A stretch of DNA of 64,000 nucleotides, from NCBI GenBank assembly GCA_963812015.1, contig CAWETI010000002.1, positions 832,001 to 896,000 on the forward strand, given 5' to 3'. This stretch comes from an uncultured delta proteobacterium. Lineage in GTDB: Bacteria > Desulfobacterota > Desulfobaccia > Desulfobaccales > 0-14-0-80-60-11. Position numbers and translations under genes: made by a program. The notes below the pieces were generated by a model. The model was not told where the DNA came from. It worked only from the letters and a program-made list of their open reading frames with translations, and searched no databases. Below are positions 30,251 to 40,926 of the stretch, in pieces (positions within the stretch are counted from its first letter, which is position 1; each line of letters begins with the position of its first letter).

Positions 30251-33200
30251 TTAGACTTTTTGCACATCCACCAGGAAAACCTTGTATTCCGGAATCATGG
30301 TGTTGGCATCCCCCACCATGGGGACGAGCTGGTTGGCGGCGTAATTCTGCTGGCTATCGGGGCCGCCGGTGATCAAGCCCGCGAACCCGAAGTGCCAGGG
30401 CAGGGCCACCATCTCCACCGTATTCTGGAGACCCGGTTTGCCACAGCTAAAGGGGGCCACCCGGCGGGTCACATCGGCCCGGGCCCTCACCTCCCCCCGG
30501 ATGCTCTTGACCGTGACCCAGTCCCCCGCCTTGATGCCTTTGGCCTTGGCCAGGGAGGGGCTCATCTCCACGAACATCTCCGGCATCATCTCCGCCTGCC
30601 AGGTGAGGTTGCGAGTCATGGCCCCCGCCTGCCAGTGTTCCGTCACCCGGAAGGTAGTGGCAATGACGGGATACCTGGGATCGCAAATCTGGGCCACTCG
30701 ATCCATCTCCGATTTCCACACCTTCATGACCGGATTGGATTGCTGCGGCGACACCGGGTTCACGAAGGGACACTCCAGGGCCTCATAGTGTTCGGGCAAG
30801 GGCCCTTCCTTACAGAGCCCCCCGGGCACGAAGATGCGGCTCTTGCCTTCCGGGAGCATGATAAAGGGCGCCTTGGCCGATTCCTCGGGACCGAATTGCG
30901 CCTTGGTGGCGGGATCGATCCATTTGAAATCGGGAACATCCAGATTTTTCCAGGTTTTGGCCACCGGGTCCCAGGCGAACAACGCCTTATCCTTGTTCCA
31001 GGGCAGACCCTGGGGGTCAAGGGAACAACGGTTGTAGATAATCCGCCGGTTTACCGGCCAGGCCCAGGCCCAGGTGGGATAGAGCATCAGGCCGCTGGGG
31101 TCTTTTTTGTCCCGGCGGGCCATGAGGTTGTCCTTTTTGTCCGGACCGGGATAAGACCCGGAGTAGATCCAGTTGCCGCAGGCGGTGGCGCCGTCGTCCG
31201 TGAGCTTGGTGAAATTGGCCACCTGCTTCTTGTCCGCCACGGTGTAGCCGTTGATCTCCTTGGCCACCAGGTGGACATCGGGGTTGTCCCCGTAGTTCCA
31301 GTTCAGCTTGACGATGGGGTCGGGAAAGGCCGCCTTGGGGTCGGCCTGGTAGAGTTTCTTGAGCTCCAGGGCCAGCCGGTTGACGTACCACAGGTCGCTC
31401 TGGGCGTCCCCGTGGGGCTTCACCGCCTGGTAGCGCCACTGCAGCCAGCGGCCGCTATTGCTGACGCTGCCTTCCTTCTCCATGGAGTCCGCCGCGGGGA
31501 ACAGAAAGACCTCGGTTTTGATGTCCTGGGTCTTGGCCCCGGGGCGCTTCCAGAATTGGGCGGTGTCCGTCTCAAACAGATCAAAGGCCGCCAGCCACTC
31601 CAGTTTGGCCAACGCGCTGTAGGCCTGGGCCAGGTTGGGGGAGCTCACCGCCGGGTTCATGCCCCACACCAGCAGGCCCTTGATAGAGCCTTCCCCCATG
31701 GACTCAAACAGGGGAATCCAGGAGTACCCGGAGCCCTGATAGCCCTTGCCCACCTTGGGCAGGTAGTCATAGGCGAAACTGTTCTCCGGAGTAGCCCCAT
31801 CGCCCCAAAAGGCCTTGAGCAGGCTGACGAAGAACTTGGGCTTGTTGATCCAGTAGCTGGCCTTCGGGGTCTCTTTGTCCAGGTAGTCCTTCAGGGTGGG
31901 ATGGGCGGCTTCACTGGGAATGGCCATGTACCCCGGAACGATATTGAATAACAACGCCATGTCGGTGGAACCCTGGACGTTGCTCTCCCCCCGGAGGGCG
32001 TTGATGCCGCCCCCGGGGACTCCCATGTTCCCCAGCAATTGTTGCAAGATGGTATAGCTGCGGATGATCTGGACCCCGGTGGTATGCTGGGTGCCGCCCA
32101 TGGCATAGAGAAGCGTGCCGGCTTTCCCGGGCTGGCCGGTGGCCCCGTAAGTAGCCGCCATGGCCATGAACTGCTCTCTGGGCACGCCCGTGACCTCCGT
32201 TACCAGCTCCGGGGTGTACCGGGCGTAAAACGCCTTCATTATCTGGAAGACGCACCGGGGGTTGCTCAGGGTGGGGTCGGTCACCAGTTTTTTCTCGGCG
32301 TCCAGCTCGTAGCTCCACGTGGCCGGATCATAGGCGTGCTTGTCTTTCTGAAAACCGGAAAAGAGGCCGTCGTGAAAGCCGAAGTCTTTGTTCACCACGA
32401 AAGCGGCGTTGGTATAATTGGCCACGTAATCTTTATGATAGAGGTTGTTCTGGAGGACATAATTAATGAGGCCGCCCATCAAGGCGATATCGGTGCCGGG
32501 CCTGAGGCGCACGAACAGGTCGGCCCTGGCGGCCGAGCGGGTGAAGCGCGGGTCCACCACAATGAGCTTGGCGCCCTGGTCCATGGCCTTGGTGATCCAG
32601 CGGAAACTGACGGGATGGTTTTCGGCGGGGTTGCAGCCGATGATCATGACGCAATCACTGTTGGCGATATCGTTCCAGTGGTTGGTCATGGCGCCTCTGC
32701 CGAAGGTGGGCCCCAACGAGGCCACGGTGGAGGAGTGTCAGAGGCGGGCTTGATGCTCTAAATAGACGATGCCCAGGGCTCGGGTGAGCTTGGCCAGGAG
32801 ATAGCATTCCTCATTGTTGAGGGCGGCTCCGCCGATACTGGCCAGGGCCTCCGTGCGGTTCACCGGCACCCCTTCGGGGGACTTGCTGATGAAGCTGGCG
32901 TCCCGGGTGGCCTTGACGCGCTGGGCCAGGGTGGTCATGGCCCAATCCAGGCTTTTTTCTTCCCAGTGGTCCGACCCGGGCGCCCGGTACCGCACCTTCT
33001 TCAAGCGCCGGGGGCTGGTGACCACCTCAAAGACCGCCTGGCCTTTGCTGCACAGGGTCCCCTGGTTGATGGGATGGTCGGGGTCCCCTTCCACGTTGAT
33101 GAGTTTGCCTTCTTTGGTGTTGGCGATGAGGCCGCAGCCCACGCCGCAGAAGGGGCAGATGGATGTGGTAACCTGGGTGTCCTTGGTCTTGGGGGGAGGC

Positions 33201-33304
33201 ACTAAACCGGCCCAGCCGGAGCGCGTCAGCACGACTTCCGAGAGGCCCAAAGCGGTAAGCCCGCTTCCCAAACCCTTGATAAATGTTCTGCGGGTGATGC
33301 CCAT
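30251..33304 (-). CDS. fdnG: Formate dehydrogenase-N type alpha subunit, Tat-exported selenoprotein (UGA at 32738-32740)
   Basis: ORFs 32738-33304 and 30251-32725 are in frame across one TGA: EHQARL-U-HSSTVASLG. Tat motif TRRTFIK, CPFCGVGC..LCSKG, ALRGESNVQG. Confidence 0.95.
32705..32727 (-). promoter_or_regulatory. Putative bacterial SECIS hairpin downstream of the Sec codon
   Basis: mRNA UGA CAC UCC UCC ACC GUGGCCUCGUUGGGGCCCAC forms a stem starting about 12 nt after the UGA with a G/U loop. Confidence 0.6.
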
Positions 33305-33511
33305 GATTCACCTCGTTAGGGGTTTGTGGAGTTCAGGAAATAGTCGGGGGGGATTGAGTCAATCTCTCAACTACTTAATTCCCTTCGGCTTTTTTGGCGT
33401 CTATCACCTCCTTCTCATCTTGTGCCCACGTTAAGATATTTCTTCACAACAGTCAATGAAGATTTCTTAGCCAAATCTTCAGGAAGTTTGTGTCCGGCGG
33501 AACTGGTATCG

Positions 33512-33592
33512 TGTCCCGGAAATATCTTACCAAAGTTCACCCCAATGATTCCCCCTCCTCTGGTGGGAAAGGGTCAGGGAGAGGGGCAGGGG
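33512..33592. mobile_element. Partial MITE: left end of the 62809-63006 family plus a degenerate hairpin repeat
   Basis: tgtcccggaaatatcttaccaaa (33512-33534) vs tgtcccgggaatatcttaacaaa (62817-62839), 21/23 identical; followed by ccccctcctc..gggtcagggagagggg; no right TIR seen. Confidence 0.55.
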
Positions 33593-33987
33593 GAGATGAA
33601 TTTCTATTAATTCTCCTTGCTTGGCGGGTCGATAAGTATGATAATCGGCCCGAATGATTGGGCTTCACGGAGAGCCGAGAGATCGCCGCCTGCTGATTGA
33701 AGACCTCTAAACTCCAACTCCAAGAAGATTTCCGTCATGTCGATGTCAACATCGCTCTTGGGCACTCTGGTGCTGATGTTATTGCTGACGCAGGTGGCCG
33801 ACGCCTGCACCAGTTTGCGGGTCATGACCGGGGCCGGTGACCCGGCCGGGGAGTAGGGTTGGTCACCAGGCTGGAAGCCGATTTGGGCTGCAAGGTGGGC
33901 AGTTATGCATCAGGGCGAAAAATTGATTAACTGTGGAGCCTTCCTTTAATTCCCCTCTCCCTTGAGGGAGAGCGACTGTGTTAGATG

Positions 33988-35115
<1,128 letters not shown>

Positions 35116-35234
35116 TCTTTAATGACCAAACTATGTACCGGTTCCCTTTAACATACAAGGGTCAGGGTGAGGGTGAAAGTTAATCTATTTTACGCCCCCA
35201 GCAATAAGTGCAGTTATCCACAAGGAGGAACATT

Positions 35235-36086
35235 ATGAGAACAAGGATTTTCTGGGGGCTGTCGATTCTGTTGGTCTTCCTCTTGGGTTCCCCCGTATTC
35301 GGGGTTGGACAGGAAAAGGCCCCCGCCCAGGCCCCCCAGGCCGGCCCGGCGCCTCCGGCCGAAAAGCCGGCGGTCCCCGACCCCAAGGAAGTGCTCCAGC
35401 AAATGTGCGCTTTTCTCAAGAATCAACCGCAGTTCTCCTTTAAGGCCGAGGTCACTAACGACCATGTCTACCAGGGCGGCAAGAAGCTGCAGTTTGGCCA
35501 GGAGGTCGAGGCTTTCTTCCGGCGTCCCGATAAGCTCCGGCTCAATGGCGACGGCGACCTGGAAAGCAAACAGCTCATTTTGGATGGCAAGACTCTCACT
35601 CTCTACGACAAGAATAAAAACCATTATGCCAGCATCGAGGTTCCCGGCGATATCGACGCGGCCCTGGCCCAGGCCTACAAAGACTATGGCCTGAAGGTGG
35701 GGCTGGCCGAATTGGGCGCCGCCAAACTTTGGGACCATGCTGGCAAGAACATCACCAATGCCCTTTATGTTGGCCTGCACAAGGTCCGAGGGGTCCCCTG
35801 CCATCATCTGGCCTTCGACCGGAAAGATATCCATTACCAGATCTGGATCGAGGCCGGGGATAAGCCGCTGGTGCGAAAAATCGTGATCACCCAGAAGACG
35901 CTGCCTGGTTCCCCTCAATGGACGGCGTATTTCTCCGATTGGAATCTGTCGCCTGCCTTAGCGGACGACCTGTTTGCCTTTGTGCCGCCGGCCGGGGCCG
36001 AAAAAATTAAGTTTTTGCCGGTAAAAAAAGCTGGCGCCCCGACGCCCAAGGCGACGCCCGGGAAGAAAAAAGGAGAGAAGTCATGA
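35235..36086 (+). CDS. DUF2092 periplasmic protein
   Basis: AAGGAGG RBS, signal peptide, RRPDKLR, DGKTLTLYD, CHHLAF..YQIWI, PQWTAYFSDWN. Confidence 0.85.
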   Translation: MRTRIFWGLSILLVFLLGSPVFGVGQEKAPAQAPQAGPAPPAEKPAVPDPKEVLQQMCAFLKNQPQFSFKAEVTNDHVYQGGKKLQFGQEVEAFFRRPDKLRLNGDGDLESKQLILDGKTLTLYDKNKNHYASIEVPGDIDAALAQAYKDYGLKVGLAELGAAKLWDHAGKNITNALYVGLHKVRGVPCHHLAFDRKDIHYQIWIEAGDKPLVRKIVITQKTLPGSPQWTAYFSDWNLSPALADDLFAFVPPAGAEKIKFLPVKKAGAPTPKATPGKKKGEKS

Positions 36087-36631
36087 GACCGGCTCAGCTG
36101 ACGCGCTTGGTGGCGATCCTATCTCTGGCCATATTACTGGTGGGCTTTCCCGTCATCCCTCAGGACGTTCAAGCCCGGGGCGGCGGGGGTGGTGTTCGTG
36201 GCGGAGGCGGCGGTGGTTTACATGGGGGCGGCTATCATAGCGGCGCCGGTGAAGGCGGGGGCTTCGGTGGCGGCAGCTTCAGGTCCGAACCGGGTCACTC
36301 GGCAGGCTCACACGAAGGGGAATATCATCCCCAAGAATATCACCGGTATAATCCCAGCAACACCAATGTCAATGTAAATAAAAATGTCAACGTTAACGCC
36401 CAAAACTACGGTCACGGCTGGGGGCCCTACTACGGCGGCGGCTGGGGCGCCGCGGCCGGGGGGGTTGCCGCCGGTCTGGCCATAGGCGCGGTGGTGGGGA
36501 GCCTGCCGGCGGCTGCCGCGGCCTTGTCCGTGGCTGGCCAGACCTACTATTACGACGGCGGCAACTATTACCAGCCTTGCTATCAAGGCAGCGATTCAAG
36601 CTACTGCGTGGTCCCGGATCCCAATCAGTAG
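36083..36631 (+). CDS. Exported Gly-rich hypothetical protein coupled to the DUF2092 gene
   Basis: ATGA overlap, signal peptide, RGGGG and NVNVN tracts, C-terminal YYYDGGNYYQPCY..YCVVPDP. Confidence 0.75.
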   Translation: MRPAQLTRLVAILSLAILLVGFPVIPQDVQARGGGGGVRGGGGGGLHGGGYHSGAGEGGGFGGGSFRSEPGHSAGSHEGEYHPQEYHRYNPSNTNVNVNKNVNVNAQNYGHGWGPYYGGGWGAAAGGVAAGLAIGAVVGSLPAAAAALSVAGQTYYYDGGNYYQPCYQGSDSSYCVVPDPNQ

Positions 36632-36765
36632 CCTCCAACCCGGGTGCCGACCAGGGTCAGGGCCTCGGCCCCCCGATTGGAGCAGTGCATCTTATTCGGG
36701 GGCAGGCCGCCCAGGGATTCGGCCATCGTGCTCTTTGAGAAATTGGTCGAAAGGGGAGTCAGTCT

Positions 36766-36966
36766 ATGTGGGAATATTCGGAAAAGGTCATGGAACATTT
36801 TCTCCATCCCCACAACGTTGGGGAAGTGGAGGACCCGGACGGTAAGGCTATGGTAGGCAATATCGCCTGTGGCGACGCCCTGAAGCTCACCTTTAAGTTA
36901 GATGAAAACGGGAGAATCAAAGAGGCCAGGTTTAAGACCTTCGGCTGCGCCAGTGCCATCGCTGCA
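36766..36966 (+). pseudogene. nifU: 5' fragment of nifU/iscU Fe-S scaffold
   Basis: MWEYSEKVMEHFLHPHNVG..GNIACGDALKL..FKTFGCASAIA, after which homology stops. Confidence 0.85.
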
Positions 36967-37174
36967 GCCTTCCCATGTGCTCAGAGCCATGGGCGTCCCC
37001 TTCACCATGGCTCACGGCTCTATCCGTTTCAGCCTGAGTATTTATAACACTGCGGCGGAAATCGACTTCGTCATCGAGAAATTTCCTGGCGTCATAGAAC
37101 GGCTGCGAGCCTTGTCGCCCTATGGGGAAGAAGCCGAGGCGGTCTGTGCGACTCGCGACTTTGGAGGGACGTAG
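36962..37174 (+). pseudogene. nifS: 3' fragment of nifS/iscS cysteine desulfurase
   Basis: LQPSHVLRAMGVPFTMAHGSIRFSLSIYNT..EIDFVIE..IERLRALSP is the NifS C-terminus; the rest is absent. Confidence 0.85.
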
Positions 37175-37436
37175 TCCAATGACTGAATCATCCAAACCAC
37201 AAGAGCTCTGCAAGGCAGAGATTAAAGCTTCCCGGAAATACCGGGAGGAAATCCCGGCCCCACGTTAATCGACTCGATTGTTCCATACCTCAGCCCTTCA
37301 ATATTGGGATTCTGTTCTGGCAACCCCCGCCCCTTGACCCAAGCTTCCTTGAAAATAAGGATCTTTCTGCTATGATGCTGCGATCAAATTTCGCCACGAA
37401 AAAGCTTACTTAAATACCTGGCCAAGAGGAAAGATA

Positions 37437-38942
37437 ATGACAACGCCGGTGCAACAAAAAATCAGAAATAAGCAAAGGACCGCCAAACAGATTCTGGATC
37501 AGGTGAAGTCGGGGGATTGGATCCAACCCGGGTCCGTGGGGGGGGACTCCACCGCGTGCATGCAGGAACTGGCCCGGCGTCTCGGACCCGGCCTACGTGA
37601 CATCGAGCTCTGGCAATATGCCGCTTTTTTCCCGCAACCGGAATTCCAACAAGTGGATCCTTATCAAGAATATCATTGTATTCACGAGCACTTCTTTACT
37701 CCCTGGAATCGTCAGGCCCGCGATCAGCACAACGTCACAGACTGGACGCATTGGGGCTGGTCGTTAGGAATGTGGTTCCACCACTACCGGTTTGCCCACC
37801 GGGTAAAGAAAAAGAGGGGCATCGACTGGTGGTGGAATGCCGCCTCACCTCCTGACCAGCAGGGTTTTTTCAATTTCTCCTATGGCACCAACAATTGCCA
37901 TATCTTCCGGCAGACTGCCAAAAAAATAGTGCTGGAAATCCGGGCCGATTACCCCTGGGCCGAGGGGGGCCGGTTCAATACCATTAATATTGATGATATC
38001 GATTACTGGGTGGAAGTGGACGTGGAAAGGCACCGGTGGCCCCAAGTCAATGAACGGGCGATCCAGCCCAAAGAGGAGCAATTGGCCATCGCCCGCCACA
38101 TCATGGGGATCATGCGGGACCGGGACGTCATTCAGCTGGGCGTCGGCTCCCTGCCTTCGGCTTGCGTGGCCGCCATGGCCGAGGCCGGTTTTAAGGACCT
38201 GGGCATTCACACGGAGATGCTGAACTACGGGCTGATTCGCCTGATGGAGTCAGGGCAGGTGACCAATCGCTATAAGAACATCGACCGGGGCCGCAGTGTG
38301 TGGTGCTTTGCTTTGCCCTTTGATGTGCAATGGTACTATGACTTCGTGCACCGCAACCAAAACCTGGCGGTTTACGATATCGGCTATACCAACAACCTTT
38401 ATAATCTGGCGAGAATCGACCACATGATCGCCATTGACAACTGCGTGGCCGTGGACTTACTGGGCCAGCAGTGTTGCAGCTTTTATAAAAAACGCCCCAT
38501 TTCCGGCACCGGCGGCTACTTCCAGTTTGTCGCCTTCTGTGCCCAATCCAAGGGCGGCCGCGGGGTGGCCGCCATGACCGCCAGGAGCAAGCACGGCACT
38601 TCCCGGATCGTGCCCTTTTTGCCGGAAGGCTGTGCGGTTGACGTGCCGGCGCAGTTGGCCAATTATGTCTGTACCGAGTACGGCATTGCCAATCTTCGGG
38701 GGCTCACCGGTTATGAAAGGGCGGCGGCCCTGATCGCCATCGCCCACCCGGAGGACCGGGACTGGCTAGAACGGGAGGCCCGGCAATCCGGCCTCTTACC
38801 GCCAAAATTCCCGGTTTCCATGTTCCCCCGGGAGGGAGGACCCCGCCGGTATCCGGCTTATGCCGAACGACGGGATTACAAGATTCCCTTTCACAGCGAT
38901 TTTTGGGGATTTGACTGGGACCCGTTCCAGTCCGGCAAGTAA
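37437..38942 (+). CDS. Acetyl-CoA hydrolase/CoA-transferase family (4-hydroxybutyrate CoA-transferase-like)
   Basis: IQLGVGSLP, DLGIHTEM, VDLLGQ, ISGTGGYFQF, SRIVP, YVCTEYGIANLRG, IAHPEDR. Confidence 0.87.
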   Translation: MTTPVQQKIRNKQRTAKQILDQVKSGDWIQPGSVGGDSTACMQELARRLGPGLRDIELWQYAAFFPQPEFQQVDPYQEYHCIHEHFFTPWNRQARDQHNVTDWTHWGWSLGMWFHHYRFAHRVKKKRGIDWWWNAASPPDQQGFFNFSYGTNNCHIFRQTAKKIVLEIRADYPWAEGGRFNTINIDDIDYWVEVDVERHRWPQVNERAIQPKEEQLAIARHIMGIMRDRDVIQLGVGSLPSACVAAMAEAGFKDLGIHTEMLNYGLIRLMESGQVTNRYKNIDRGRSVWCFALPFDVQWYYDFVHRNQNLAVYDIGYTNNLYNLARIDHMIAIDNCVAVDLLGQQCCSFYKKRPISGTGGYFQFVAFCAQSKGGRGVAAMTARSKHGTSRIVPFLPEGCAVDVPAQLANYVCTEYGIANLRGLTGYERAAALIAIAHPEDRDWLEREARQSGLLPPKFPVSMFPREGGPRRYPAYAERRDYKIPFHSDFWGFDWDPFQSGK

Positions 38943-39000
38943 TAATTTGAGGGAGGGGCTAGGGGCCGCAGGACCCTGGCCCCTCCCCCCCATGAGGCGG

Positions 39001-39915
39001 TCAGCTCACCCCGGCCCAGTAGGCGTCCACGGTGGCCTGGATTTCCTGGATAAGGGCGTCGTTGCGTTTAGGCTGGAACAGGTGGGCGAAGCGCCCCTGT
39101 CGTTTCAGGTATTCTTCCACCGGCAGCCGGGGGTGGGGAATTTTGGTGTGGACGATCTTCCCGTCCACGTATTCCTTCAGGGGCCAGATGCCGGTTTTGA
39201 CCGCCAGCCTGCCGATCTCCACCGCTTCTTTAGGGTCGAAGCCCCATCCGGGGGGGCAGGGGGCCAGGGTGAGGATCAGGCGCGGGCCTTTGAGATTTTT
39301 GACCTTCTCGATCTTCCGGGCCAAATCCATCGGTTCGGCGCCCAGCGCGGTGGCCGCGTAGACCAGCTTATGTGCGGTCCAGATGGCGAAGAGGTCTTTC
39401 TTATAGCCCGGGAAGCCCCGGGCGCTCAGACTGGTGGCAGTGCGGGCCGCGTGGGGGGTGGCCTCGGAGTACTGTTGGCCGGTGTTGCCGTAGCCCTCGT
39501 TATCATAGCAGAGATAGACAAAATTGAGGCCCCGCTCCAGGGCGCTGGAGGTGGCGGAGAGCCCCATGCCGTAGGCGGCGCCGTCCCCGGTGAGGACCAC
39601 CACCTCCAGGTCCTCTGCCGGTTCCATCCGGCCCTTGGCCAGGAGCAGGTCCAGGGCGTCCCGCACCCCCTGGGCGCCGGCCGGGGCCGAAGCCATGGCC
39701 GTATAGAGCCAGGAGCCCCGGAAGGGCGTGAAGGGGTAAGTGGCCAGGAGCGTCAGACACCCCGCGGCATTGACGAACACGGTCTTCGTCCCCAGGATGT
39801 CATAGACTTCATGGAGCACTTCCAACCCCCCGCACCCGGCGCACATGGGCGTCCCGGTGCCCAGGAGGTGGACCGAGGGAAGGGGTTTGGGGGGGCTTGG
39901 TTTGGTGGTGGTCAT
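39001..39915 (-). CDS. porB: 2-oxoacid:ferredoxin oxidoreductase beta subunit (TPP-binding)
   Basis: CAGCG, NAAGC, TGDGAAYGMG..YDNEGYGNTG.Q.S..TP, APCPPGW. Confidence 0.88.
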   Translation of the reverse strand: MTTTKPSPPKPLPSVHLLGTGTPMCAGCGGLEVLHEVYDILGTKTVFVNAAGCLTLLATYPFTPFRGSWLYTAMASAPAGAQGVRDALDLLLAKGRMEPAEDLEVVVLTGDGAAYGMGLSATSSALERGLNFVYLCYDNEGYGNTGQQYSEATPHAARTATSLSARGFPGYKKDLFAIWTAHKLVYAATALGAEPMDLARKIEKVKNLKGPRLILTLAPCPPGWGFDPKEAVEIGRLAVKTGIWPLKEYVDGKIVHTKIPHPRLPVEEYLKRQGRFAHLFQPKRNDALIQEIQATVDAYWAGVS

Positions 39916-39956
39916 GGGACTTTTCCTCAAGGATAACGCTAAGTTAATAGTACTGT

Positions 39957-39978
39957 GGTTGACAGTGCCCACCCTACG
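39957..39978 (-). repeat. GTAG-family REP, left flank of the AT-rich gene
   Basis: Minus strand cgtagggtgggcactgtcaacc; compare 51460 gtagggtgggcattgcccacc. Confidence 0.65.
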
Positions 39979-40017
39979 CTTGCTGCATTGCTCAGCCCGT
40001 CGTACTACCTTTTTATT

Positions 40018-40818
40018 TTAAATGCCGACGAACAGAAGAATTGCGCCAATACATGTCAAGTAAGTAAAGTCCACCTCTTTGGAAGAAAGATCGAATGGTA
40101 CAGCCATTCCGTGCCCGAAGTTGCGATTTATCAACGTATTAATAGCTTCCAGAGCCGAAATTACTTCATTGTTCAGAGCTCGCGTTTGACGAATATTCGC
40201 AAGAACAGCCCCAAAAGTAGCATTTGGCATATTGAAAACTTCTTTAGCCACTGATTCCAAAGAGTCAAAAATATTGCAACATGCATCACGATCGCGGCGC
40301 GGACGATCATCAAAGGCGTCTTGGGCAGCATTGAATAATGTTAGTGCTGGAGCAAATCGAGGCTGGCCCAACTCAGCTATTGCTGTACTAATCATTACCT
40401 GGGCTTGTATCGGCAAGTGTCTTTGAAGTCGACCCTGTTCATTAAGTTCCCAGACTACCCCATAGGAACTGAGTATGCGATTTATGTTTTGTCGATAATC
40501 CCTATCCACTCCAACTGACCGGAATTCAGGCCATAATCTGCATATTAGGTCGTAAACTCTTTTCCAGTCAGCACTTCTAAGATCGCGCCCAGCGGCATAC
40601 CTATATCCGCCATACGGCTGTCCGGAAGCACTTATTCCCAAGCTTTGACTGATGATTCTGTACATACGATCATCGCTCAAAGGAGGGGAATTGTGCTCAG
40701 CAAGATGGAAGATTAGATCGATTAACTCTTGTCTCATTGCTTGAGGAGCATCGGAATCAATGTTACGCACAGGCTGCGGAAATTCATCTGAAGATGAGAA
40801 ATCTCTAAAGTGTGACAT
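40018..40818 (-). CDS. AbiJ-like protein (N-terminal AbiJ-type domain + Abi_C/HEPN-like C-terminus), putative anti-phage defence
   Basis: Visibly AT-richer than its neighbours; WKRVYDLI, INRILS, RDACCNIFDSLESVAK, TFGAVL, NRNFGHG. Confidence 0.65.
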   Translation of the reverse strand: MSHFRDFSSSDEFPQPVRNIDSDAPQAMRQELIDLIFHLAEHNSPPLSDDRMYRIISQSLGISASGQPYGGYRYAAGRDLRSADWKRVYDLICRLWPEFRSVGVDRDYRQNINRILSSYGVVWELNEQGRLQRHLPIQAQVMISTAIAELGQPRFAPALTLFNAAQDAFDDRPRRDRDACCNIFDSLESVAKEVFNMPNATFGAVLANIRQTRALNNEVISALEAINTLINRNFGHGMAVPFDLSSKEVDFTYLTCIGAILLFVGI

Positions 40819-40844
40819 TTAATCGCCTCGAAGGGTAAGTTAAA

Positions 40845-40865
40845 GTTGGGTGGGCACTACCCACC
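40845..40865 (+). repeat. GTAG-family REP (GTTG variant), right flank of the AT-rich gene
   Basis: gttgggtgggcactacccacc hairpin, inverted relative to the 39957 copy. Confidence 0.6.
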
Positions 40866-40926
40866 AAAATTATTCTCCGAAAGTGTCATCCGAGTCAAAA
40901 GAAATATCATTTCCACAATCCTCGGC

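Noticed and set aside
32738..32740. Apparent nonsense mutation splitting the formate dehydrogenase
   Set aside because: The UGA is at the conserved Sec/Cys ligand position and is followed by a SECIS-like hairpin
33430..33452. Possible Rex operator upstream of the fdh operon (TTGTGAA on the minus strand)
   Set aside because: Only one half-site; the palindromic partner is missing
33607..33825. 72-aa minus-strand ORF between a repeat and the IS110
   Set aside because: No RBS or motif that I can recognise; cannot support it as a gene
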